A stretch of DNA of 64,000 nt from Callorhinchus milii (Eukaryota): positions 25,174,001 to 25,238,000 of the forward strand of contig NW_024704742.1 in assembly GCF_018977255.1 (NCBI RefSeq), given 5' to 3'. The notes under the pieces are model-generated. The model did not search any database, was not told where the DNA came from, and saw only the letters and a list, made by a program, of their open reading frames with translations. This document shows positions 52,901-64,000 of this stretch, piece by piece. Numbering within the stretch: position 1 is the stretch's first letter; each line of letters begins with the position of its first letter. The position numbers were made by a program, and so were the translations under genes.

Positions 52901-54885
52901 ACCTCAGCTCTCGTACTCCAGACATTTGTCCATCTAAAGATGGATACACGTATTTATTATGTGCTTTTACCATATCCCAAGTCAAATTCAGTGTTGGTAA
53001 GTTATGGTCACTGTCACCTTGTAGATCAACTATTTTTACTCCCTGATCAGTGACGGGTCAATGACTGGAAACAGCCACTGGTGTACACAGAGTCATGGCA
53101 GTCAATAAACATTTTTCAATCTCTTTATGTTTGGCAAATGGTACATTTAATACCGTAGTGGGCACAAGGGGAAGAGAGGTGGAGCCCCTGACTTCTTAAG
53201 GAGGTGCTGATATCCACCCTCACACCCCCCCACCCCCATCTCTCTCTTGCTGGGGCTGGGCTGAGAAGGATGGAGATCAAGGGAGCTGCATGCTACAGGA
53301 GACTTTTGCAATGAAAAATACCATTGTGAGTCATTTTACCTTTAAGCTATAATTTTGTTTAGGTTATTACCCCCAGAAAGCGATTCGCCCCCAATCAACT
53401 AACAACCGGGTTCCTACTTACTGCTATGCGCGTGGAGTAAGGAAACTTGCCATAGGATCCCCCCATTCCCCCCCACACCCCCGGTATTGAACCCAGGTCC
53501 TCTCACTTGCGAAGTGAGTGTGCTAATTTAGTACGCTATGGGACTCAAAGTCTAAGTCAAATATGCACCAATTTGTTGTGGGACATTGTTGTGCGCAATT
53601 GGGCTGCCGCGTTCACCTACAAATACACAGTCACTCCATTTGACAGTAAATCCTGTGAAGTGTTTTGATTTGACGTGACAAGGCGCTATATCAAATGCAA
53701 GGATTATTATTATTACAGATTTTATAAATGTTTTATGCAAATCGTATAAAATTTGACTTGTGATTAACCTGCATTTCTTGTAAGTCGTATTAAATGTTAT
53801 TGTCCCGACTGATATGACTAATGGAAGTTTACCTCTAATATTGCACTGCAGCCTTAAAACACATTAATGTCAATCACATTTTGTAGAACAGAATTGTTTG
53901 CATTTCACAAATACTCTTAGTACTAATAATTTCCTGCTGATGGCAGTACTGAGCTACTGCTCTCAGCACTGCCGCTGTGTTCAGCTGCAACACCAGCAGG
54001 AGCAGTGTTGTGTTGGAAGTCTCAGTCCATTGTGAGCTCCATCTCCTTTATGGAATTCGATGAATTTTGTAACGACTAAAATAGAGAAAATGGGTGATAT
54101 AGCAATTTGGAGACATCCAGTTATGATGTTTGTGATAAGGTAATATGTGGATGTGCATTGCTTTTATCCATGGTGAGACTATACTTCTATTGAAATCGTT
54201 GGATTTTATAAAAAACATTTGATATCATTCTTATCACCTCGAAACATGCTTGGCGGAGTATTGCTGTAAAGTATAATGACTGTGCCTTTGTTAGTGAAAG
54301 CAATAGCTAATTTGCACACAGCAATGTTCCACAAACAGCCATGAAGTGAACAATAAATTTATCTAAGTAATAACAGTCTTCGCATTTGATACAGCGCTTT
54401 TCACGTCAGGAGGATGTGCCAAAGGCTCTTAACAGGATTCACTGTAAATTGTGATGACTGCCTTCAATCTGAAGGATTTGTAGCCAGAATCCAAGGACAC
54501 TGAGAGAAACTCTTTTGCTTTTCAAATCACTAACGCCCACCCGAATAAGCAAATGAGACTTCAATTTAACATCTCATCGGAACAACTCTGTGTTCCCCCA
54601 GAACTGCACTGAAGTATTAGCCTAAACTATGAGCTTAGATTCCTGACATGGGGCTTGAATCCACAGCTCTTCTGATACAGGAACAAGAGGGCCAGGTTAA
54701 TAAGGTTAATATGCAGGGAAATACATGAATATAGACAAGTGTTCACATATGATTTCGCCCACAAGTACACAATATAAAACGCTTTGAGACGTCTCACTGA
54801 CATGATAACACTACACTTAACATATCCAGGGGAGAACTTTTGACCTGATTTTTGACTTCATTTATGTTTTGGGAGATATATTTGA

Positions 54886-55245
54886 GGAGTTCTGTAGCTC
54901 AGTGGTTAGAGCACTCGCCTCACAAGCAAGAAACCTGGGTTTGATTCCTGGCAGGTCGAAACATTGGGCATGTTTCCTTACTCCTCTGTTTACCCATCAG
55001 TAAGTAGGAACCCAGTTGTTAGTCTATTGGCGGATTGCTTCTCCGGGGGTAATAATTAGTTTAGAAAAAAAAGAATAAATTGGTCACTCAATCCATGACT
55101 ATTTGTGGGGCACTGCTGTGTGCAATTGGCTGCCCACAAAATATACAGTCAATTCACTTTACAGTATATTCTGTGAAGCGCTTTGCGATGTCTCGAAGAC
55201 GTGATAAGGAGCTATATCAAATGCAAGGATTATTATTATTATTAC
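54886..55245 (+). mobile_element. Family A SINE, long variant, full length
   Basis: tRNA head, extra segment, core and (TTA)n tail. Confidence 0.9.
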
Positions 55246-55716
55246 TGTATATATTTGAGATTAAGGATTCCTTTCTTGGAGATGGAATTTTTTTTGACTA
55301 TTGATACCAAGATAGAGAAGTAGGACAAATTCCGTCCTCCCTCAATCCTGGCCTGGTTACGTGGCTGATAACTCAAACAAGCACCATCCTACTGTACCAG
55401 TGCTAGCTTTTGTAGCTCCCACACCAGCTCTCTGATCTCCCAGAGAGAGTTTGCCAATTTGCACTGTGTTTGGAGTAGGGCTGTTTGTTTTTCAAGCCGT
55501 GTAAATGTGTGTCCACAGAATACCTGAAGTTTAATAATAGGGTGGTGGAAGATAACATAACCATCTCATGAGACAGCACTCATTGCAGTGTCAATCACAG
55601 AAACTAAATGCACTCTGTGATAACCATGCAACATTAGGTATGGATAGGGTTGTGTCATGGCCCAGACCCATTTAGTACTGACACCACGCAAACCTTGTTT
55701 CTATGTAGGATAACAT

Positions 55717-56024
55717 CTCCTGTAGCTCAGTGGCTAGAGCACTCGCTTTGCAAACGAGACACCTGGGTTCAATTCCAGGCAGGGCGAAAGCTTGGGCAAG
55801 TTTCCTTACTTTACACGCCTAATAATAATCACTCCAAAACAAAACAATAATAAATTGGTCATTTTCAATCCACGATTGTTTGTGGGACACCTCTGTGTGC
55901 AATTGGCTGCCGCGTTTCGCCCACAAATATACGGTCAATTCACTTTACAGCATATTCTGTGAAGCGCTTTGAGACCTCTAGAAGACATGAAAAGCGCTAT
56001 ATCAAATGCAAGGATTATTATTAT
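55717..56024 (+). mobile_element. Family A SINE, full length
   Basis: tRNA head with ctcgc-tttgcaa-acgag arm; tail. Confidence 0.92.
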
Positions 56025-56519
56025 AACAGTACAATTCAGGAATAGGAGAAGGTCATTCAACCCACAGAGCCATAATCCACCACAGACCGGACCATTCCAT
56101 GTCACTGCACACTAGCACCCATCCTAATCCCAATTCCCTTTTTCTCGCTTTGAGATTCTTACTTCCCAAGTGTCTGTCCATCTCTTCCTTGAATCCCTCA
56201 ATCGATATCTCACTCACTCATATACTTTCTGAGGTTTTCAAAATCGTATCAGAAAATTTTTGTCCTTTCCTCAGTCCTAACCAAGGGTCATTCATATCCT
56301 CTAGTAATTTATTGGTCGGGGGCGAGGAGTGGTGGGGTAGTTGCTCAATTATTTACTGTATTAAAATGATCTGGAGAATACCCCATTTCCAATTTGAGAA
56401 TTTTTTAAAATTCTGCACAATTTTAGCCTTGCCTTAAGAGTGGACCAGGTGGAATTTCAGGCCACTGGAGTTAAAGTGCAACAGATGGTTCTACGTTCTG
56501 CTTGTCGGTGATTACAGTG

Positions 56520-58063
56520 GGTTTTATCACTCCCACCTTGAAAAAACCCTCCCTTGATGCGTCGCAGCTATCAAGCTACCGGCCCATCTCCAACCTCCCC
56601 TTTCTGTCCAAGGTCCTTGAACGAGTTGTCGCCTCCCAGCTGCGCTCTTTCCTCTCCACCCATTCATTATTCGAACCCCTTCAGTCAGGTTTCCGTGCTG
56701 CCCATAGCACAGAAACTGCCCTGGTCAAGGTCACCAATGACATCCTGACCATCTGTGACCAGGGCTCCCTCTGCCTCCTCGTCCTCCTCGACCTATCGGC
56801 AGCATTCGATACGGTCGACCATGCTATCCTCCTCCACTGCTTGTCCTCCCACCTCAACCTTCAAGGCCCTGTCCTTGAATGGTTTAGGTCGTAGCTCTCA
56901 CACCGTCTTCACTTCATTTCCACGAATAGCTTTTCCTCCAGCCCCCGCACTGTCTCGTGCGTTGTCCCTCAGGGCTCTGTCCTTGGTCCCCTCCTCTTCA
57001 CCCTCTATATGCTCCCCCTTGGTGACATCATCCGCAGACATGGGGTTAACTTCCACATGTATGCGGATGACACCCAACTCTACCTTTCCTCCTCTACCCT
57101 CAACTCCACGACCACCGATGTCCTGACAGCTGCCTGTCCGACATCAAGTCCTGGATGAGAGACAACTTTCTTCAGCTCAACGTGCGTAAAACTGAGGCCC
57201 TTCTGATTGGCTCACGTCAGCGCCTCCGCACCTCAGGCGCTGACAGCATCAGCATCCAAGGCTGCACTCTCCACCTCTCAAAGCCGGTCAGGAACCTCAG
57301 GGTTCTGTTCGACCCTGAGCTGTCCTTTCTCCCTCACATCCGCACCACAACTGGCACCGCCTTCCATCACCTCCGGAACATCGCCAGACTACGGCACTAC
57401 CTCACCCCTCACGCTGCTGAAACTCTGGTCCACGCCTTTATCACCTCAAGGCTGGACTATGGGAACTCTCTCCTCACCGGCCTTCCCAGCACCTCCCTCC
57501 ACAAGCTGCAGGTCATTCAGAACTCTGCAGCTCGTGTACTGTCCCGCACCAGGCTTCGGGACCACATCACTCCCACCCTCGCTCGCCTCCACTGGCTCCC
57601 CATCCCCCAGAGGATCGAATTCAAGATCCTCATCCTCACCTACAAGGCCATTCACGGCCTTGCTCCCTCCTACCTCTCCGACCTACTATCCCCCTATCTA
57701 CCTGCCCGTACCCTCCATTCCTCTGGCTCCGGTCTGCTCCACATCCCGGCCCCAACCACCCTACCATCGGTGGCCAGTCCTTCAGCCTCTCAGCCCCTAG
57801 GCTCTGGAACTCCATCCCCCAGTGCCTTCGCCTTGCCTCCTCCCTTTCCTCCTTCAAGGCCGGTCTCAAGACCTTTCTCTTTGACCGTGCCTTCAGCTCC
57901 CCTCTCGACTCTCTACGCCCTCCTCGCTCCCTCCCTTCCCTCCCCTCACCCTGACCATTTCCCCCCAATGCTCGGGTCCCGACCCAACTGTCCAGTGCCT
58001 TGGGACATCCTCCCAACGTGAAAGATGCTCTATAAATGGAATCTTGTTGTTGTTGTTGTTGGT
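56520..58063 (+). mobile_element. 5'-truncated L2 LINE RT region
   Basis: [56 protein letters not shown]; stop at 56892 and frameshifts; tail (ttg)n. Confidence 0.95.
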
Positions 58064-58659
58064 TATGCACGGGCTGTGATTTAGTGTTTACTAAATGGAG
58101 GATACCAATCATCTATCATTCTTCATTTTCATCATATTGGCAGGCTGTCAGATTTGAACACCTTGTATCCCTTTAACGGTATTTTAAGTGAAATGTCAAC
58201 TCACTTTTGGGCATATGTCTGGATCTGACCAGGGTCAGCTCTCGACCTTTCAGGCTCATCTGTTCTTTTCTGGTTTAACTAACCTGTCTGACAGGCTATC
58301 ACCCATGTAATTGCTTTCAGTAAAATAAACGTAACAATATATGATATTATGCTAGTAAGGATTGGTGTAGGAAAAGTAAGGAGTTTCCTTCAGGTGTTCT
58401 GGGTCATATTCGTTCTTCCTCATTCAAAATCATTCTAAATTTTTAAGCTCAATTTGCCTGCTTATCTCATTGTCATTTTTGGGACATTGCTGGAGTAAAT
58501 CAACTGCAATGTCTGTCTGCCTGCCTTAATAACCATTCATCTCATTTCAAATTATTCTTATTCTGTGAAGTGCTTTCAATTGTTCTTTTATGTAAAAGGT
58601 GCTACATTTTACATAATATGTGCAAGCTGTTGTAAGTATCTTATTTATTATTGATAATA

Positions 58660-59050
58660 GTAATGCTTACATTTGATATAGCATCTTTCATGGCAGGAGG
58701 AAATCTCAGAGCACTTCATAGGACTTGCTGGAAAGGGTATGACTGCAGGTAAGTGGAGCAGTCAATTTGAACACAGCATTGTCCTACAAACAAAATGATC
58801 GATTTTGTCTGAGGGATTGTTGGCCAGGAAACTCCCTTCTCTTTTTGAATGATACTATGGGATCTTTAACATCCACCTGAACAAGCAGACAGGACCTTGG
58901 ATTTATTGTCTCATTCGAAGAACGGCACCTCCGACAATTCAGTGCTCCCCCAGCCTAGACTGTGAGCCCAAAGTCCCGATGGTGGAGACTTGAACCTGCA
59001 ACCTTCTGATTCAGAGGCAGGAATGCTATCCATTGAGTCAGGCTGACACC
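58660..59050 (-). mobile_element. Family B SINE, near full length
   Basis: Tail, core and head ...tgagtcaggctgacacc in reverse. Confidence 0.8.
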
Positions 59051-59219
59051 TATCAATAAAACAGGCAATTTATTTCTTAACCAACAATGACCTTTCAGGC
59101 TCATCTGTTCTTTTCTGGTTTAACTAACCTGTCTGACAGGCTATCACCTTGCATGATATATTATTTTGAAAGTTAAGCAAGAACATCTGTTAAAGATTTA
59201 GAGTTTTCTCTCTTTCCAG

Positions 59220-59318
59220 GGCTGGACAGTTCAGCTTGTGGTTGCCGCACTGGTCAGTGCATTTGGTTCTTCATTTCTGTACGGCTACAACATATCCGTA
59301 GTGAATGCACCAACTGTG
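59220..59318 (+). CDS. SLC2A9: TM1 exon of a class II facilitative glucose/urate transporter, GLUT9 (SLC2A9)-like
   Basis: Acceptor tctctttccag|G and donor GTG|gtaagt; 99 nt encoding [33 protein letters not shown], close to GLUT9 [33 protein letters not shown]. Ortholog versus paralog (slc2a9-like/slc2a15) is not resolved. Confidence 0.85.
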
Positions 59319-62300
59319 GTAAGTTACTGAGGGTACAGGGAGGAAACATTGCATTGTATATTTTTATACCTCAGATGCATGTAAATGCAGTGTTACTGTC
59401 TGACCATAATGTGCTTCTAAATTGCAGGCCAATAATTTGTACGGTTAATGATGGAATTTGATGACTAAAATAGCACATCCATGTGAAGCTGCACCCAAAT
59501 TGAAGAAGATTACCGACTTTGCTCCCTGTACGCAGCATGTTGGCCATGAAGTGACATATCAGCATTAAGTAGATTCTTAACCATGCATAAACAAAGCTTG
59601 CATTCTCTCAGCATCAAACAGTAGTCTATTTAGCTTCGAGGGTATGGTCTAAAGTGCTCTGATCCTAAAGAGTATAAAGCTGTTTCACAAATTCTTTCCA
59701 AATTCACAGTAACACAGGGAGATTTTGTTACTGTGAATTAAATTGAAATGTGTTTCCCAGGAAAGTTAGGTGTGTGGGAGGGGGAAGGGGTTGGTGAGAC
59801 TCCTGAATGAGTCAGGCTGGTCAAAACTCGCTTTATACCGCACGTTTCGCAGCAAACTGCCAAAAATATTGCATCCCATCCTCGAATAGAAAAGAACAGT
59901 TCCTGTTCGCTTCGGTCATTGTATCCTGGATCAATTAATTGACTTTCTGGTCCTTCACAAATAAGAAAAATTATAGGAAAAGCAAATTGCCTGTGAAATG
60001 ATGAGCCATTACCTGTCTGCCTGTCCTATTTTGTGTGTGTGGGTGGAATAACTAGGGAAACGTGTGTGCAGAGCGCATCAGTGCTAGTCAAGGGGCGCAG
60101 AGGTGTCAACTGACTTATGGATCACAGGCTAAGCTCACTTGTAAAGTACAGATCTTGTTCTGTTTTTGAGTAACTAACAGGTGAATCTTTATTTGCTACT
60201 GTGGGGTGATGTGAAACAACAAGCAAGCAAAGCTCTGTTTGTTAACGTGAAGTGAAAACAAAGCTTGTGATTCTGCAGGATAAGTATCTATAATTGTTTG
60301 TTTGTAACCTTTCGTACTTCTGTACACACCTCAAACGAAGCACACTGAATATGGAACAGGCTGGCATTTACGATAAAGACATCATTATGGCTTAACCACA
60401 TGCCAGAAAACTTGGCCCATCTGTTATATTTTAACATTTCAGAAGAGTTTTCACAACTGAGAAAAATATTAAATATGACATTTTACTGACACTTAATTAA
60501 AATACTGCCTGCATCCCATGAGGAGACAATGCTAACCAATATTATTCAGATCAGCACCTTCTTATTTACTGTGGCTGGGATCTAAATATAGGAAATTGTC
60601 TGCAAAATTAATGCATTGTTCAAGGTTGAAACAAAACCAAATGAAAGAAGAACGCATCCGTTTGGAATGAATAAATCCAATGCTTTTAATTTTGCAATGA
60701 ATTTTTCATGATGGCATGGCACAGAAAAACATTGCATTTAAAGTATGAAAATATGAGTGTATGTATTGTAATATATATATATACTGTATGTCTATAGAAT
60801 GAGAGAGTGATATGAAGATGCAAAATCCATTTTACAATATATTCTGTGAAGCACTTTGAAACGTCTCAACGACGTGATAAGGCACTATATCAAATGCAAG
60901 GATTATTATTATTATTAATATGTCAAGCAGATTTTTTCCTCATCAATTTTCTATGCTCCTTTCCTTAAAAGTATTTGCACTAACGTAAAATTACTAAAGA
61001 AAGAACGTGCCTTTTATAGGTCCATATATATACATATATATACATAACTGCTGTCAAGTGTAGTGTCCGTTGTTTTGGGAGATGATTGCAGCAAAAAAGA
61101 GAACCAAAACAAAGAAATTCTTATAAAACTTTTGAAACACAGTGTACAGTATTTCATAAGGATCTTCATGCAAGCCCTCACCTCAGTCTTTGCCCAACTT
61201 GTCACTTCCTTTATACCACAATATCCAACACCTCCCTGGTTGTCGGTGCTTCAAAGTCGATTTTAATGATCAGCATTAGCTTCATGTAATATCTAAACTC
61301 TAAAGCACTATGTGGCCTTAGTTATGTTCTACGTGAAGATTGCCTGCATCTGAAGACAGCACTGCTAAAATGGATTTCTCAGTGGTTTAACCGTACCTAT
61401 TAGAATGATCAAATTAAAGCATAAAGGCCAATGAGTACCATAGCTCCCTTCAGGTTATTTCAAGGTAATTGTGTAAGGCAGTCTATGTCACATAAATGCA
61501 CAGTCAACAATCATGCTTGGTGTTCTATTCCAGAGGGGATACCGAATGCACAGACAATGTAGCTCGTCTTGGGATTCAAAAGTCCTGTACAAGAATTCAC
61601 TGAGCTGCAGTATTTGCGTTGACCCCAAGTACATCAATATTTCAGTATAATGCAGAATGAAGGCTGTAAACTAGTACATCGAGAACATAAAGTTTACCTT
61701 TCCTCTCCTCCGAAATGACAGCTGTACACATATAAGGGTGAAGTTAGGGCATTTTCAAACCCTGTTTGGTGTGATAATTTATGAAACACTGCTAATTTAA
61801 TCCCGTGTCTTTTTGAAGTTATATATTTTTCATTTGTTCCTGCTAGTTGTTTCCTGTCACCCCCTTGGCATAAAAAGAACATTTGAAAGGGCTTGCTGCT
61901 TCATATCTCTCCCCATTTGATCCGTTCCACCAATAGTGGTCACATTTTCAGTCATTCTGCCCCCGCTCTCTGGAACACCATCCCTGGGTTCCACTGCCTC
62001 ACTCTGCTCCCTATCCACATTCAAAATCCTCCCTAGACTCATCTCTGTGATTACATTTCGGCCACTTTCACCTGCCTCTAAACTCAGGCTCCCGGTTCAG
62101 CTGTCTCCCAGCACTATATAAATGTAAACTGCTGCTGTTATAACCAGTGCTTGGAGGTGCATAGTTTTGGCACAGAGTGTCTATCTTGCTCTCTGATTTT
62201 CCACTCGCAGTGTAGGTGCACTGATTGTTCACTGCATGAGATGTCCTTCAGTGAATCAGTTAATGAGGACATGATGCTGCATTCGTGGTGCAGTTCAATG

Positions 62301-64000
62301 ACGGTCAGTTTGGACACAGATGGATTCAGAATCCAGTATACTGGGCTTGGTGTGATGCACATTGGGTTGCAGCAGGGGTCACTGTTTGTAACTTGATCTT
62401 ATCAACATTGTGTTTCAGTCTCTGTTATTAAAAATAACAGCAACAACCTGCATTTATGTAGCGCTGGGTAGCATCTGGGAGTGCTGAAAATAGTTTAATT
62501 CCCTAGTAACAATAAAAATAATCCATTAATTTGATACCGGGTCTTATCATGTCTTCTAGATGTCTCAAAGTGCTTCACAGGATACACCATAAAGTGGAGT
62601 GGCTGTCTGTTTGGTGGGTGAAATTAATAATTACATTGAAAGCAATAGCTCTCTCTTTAAGGGGTGCACAACATTTCACAAAAAATATATATTTTTTTGC
62701 ATATTGACCATTTCCTGGAATCCAAGATCAAATCCTTCAGCAGTTGTCTGGTTGCTGGAAATGCTGTAAACATCGAGCTCTTTACCTCTCAGTATATCCT
62801 TGTTTTATTTTTAGCAATTGAATTATTTATAACTACAGTAGTGCTTAACATGCCACTTCTCCCATCTAGTTATTTTCATTCTGTCCCACTGGAATGCCTT
62901 TCAGTACTAGGGTAAGTTCAGTGAGTTCATCCAGGGATCTGATCCAAAACAGGTTTAACTCTGAGTGTTGGCCACCTTTTTGTTTGAGCCAGAGTACACT
63001 TCACCCACAAAATATACAGTCAATTCACTTTGCAGTATGTCTCAAAGATGTGATAAGGCGCTATTTCGCCCACAAATATACAGTCAATTCACTTTACAAT
63101 ATATTCTGTGAAGTCCTTTGAGACGTCTAGAAGACGTGAAAAGCCCTATATCAAATGCAAGGATTATTATTATTATTAATTACTCAGCTCTGGACCCTTC
63201 CAGTGAACAGGTAATCTCACCCCACTGTACGGTGATTTCACTCCGCTGCATGGGATGGTCTTGCGATGCTGCACAAGTGGTCGCCACTCCACTGCATGGG
63301 TGGTTTTAATCTGTTGCATGGGTGATTGCGCTCCGCTGCATGTGCTGCTTTGCTCCACCACCCAGGTGGTCTCACTCCATTACACAAATGCGTCTCAGTT
63401 AGTTCAGTTAACCAGGAAGACTAACAGGGGAGACTCATGAAAATCAACAACGCAGGTCGGCCTTTCTCCTCCTGCCCCCTCTCACCCCCTCCCAGCCTTG
63501 GATTAAGATGCTACTGTCAGAAAGATGGGGCTTAGAATCCACTTTCCTGGCAAAATGGTTTGTTGTTCCTGACTGTGCACAGGAACACATTCAAGGACAT
63601 GGTCCACTGGGCACTCAGGCAAGGCTTATGTAGGATTGGCATTGCTGAATAGTATCCCGTTAGAGAGAGAGAGAAAGAGATGACTGTCAGCGAGGGAGCA
63701 GTTACTTAATAACATCCTTCACTTTTTAGATATTATTGCCCCCATGAGTATATTTTGAGATCTTGGCAGGAAGGATAAACGTCACGGATTTTGGAATTAT
63801 TAAAAGAGTTTAAAGAAACTTGAATTACACAGCTGCTTTGTGTATATACTGTATAATACATTCAGATTTTGATGGGTATAACAGTGATAGTCTGGAGAAT
63901 TAAAAATCAGAAGCCAAATGATTGCCATTGTTTGAAGACTTTAGAGGCAATTTTGTTTAGTTAAAAACAGTATATTCTATGTTCTAATTCAAGACTGACA

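Noticed and set aside
63215..63390. Degenerate ~22-bp repeats (ctcc(a/g)ctgcatgg)
   Set aside because: Looks like a decayed minisatellite with no further structure
59319..64000. Next GLUT9 exon (YIKxFYNxxW...)
   Set aside because: Not found by eye; probably beyond the window

Overview
Repeat-dense vertebrate genomic DNA. The SINE, L2/CR1 LINE and Penelope-derived repeat content suggests a cartilaginous fish, probably a holocephalan (inferred from repeat style only). Two divergently oriented genes appear to start here. On the minus strand is a SEC24A/B-like gene: a 1101-nt Pro/Ser/Gln-rich exon at 859-1959 carrying a 17-copy 24-bp coding minisatellite, with a probable promoter/first exon near 12.3-12.8 kb. 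On the plus strand is a class II GLUT (SLC2A9-like) gene: a probable start exon at 49078-49137 and a clear TM1 exon at 59220-59318. The rest is intronic or intergenic and contains L2 LINEs (one near full length), CR1 and old L1-like fragments, two tRNA-headed Deu-type SINE families, a solo LTR with a 41-bp hairpin, Penelope-derived fold-back elements (one with an intact-looking minimal hammerhead ribozyme), a Tc1/mariner remnant and large simple-repeat arrays. Most ORFs in the track are repeat artefacts. I found no clearly new multi-gene system. The best leads are the hammerhead fold-back elements, the coding minisatellite, the gene neighbourhood and several long hairpins. Repeat boundaries are approximate unless stated.
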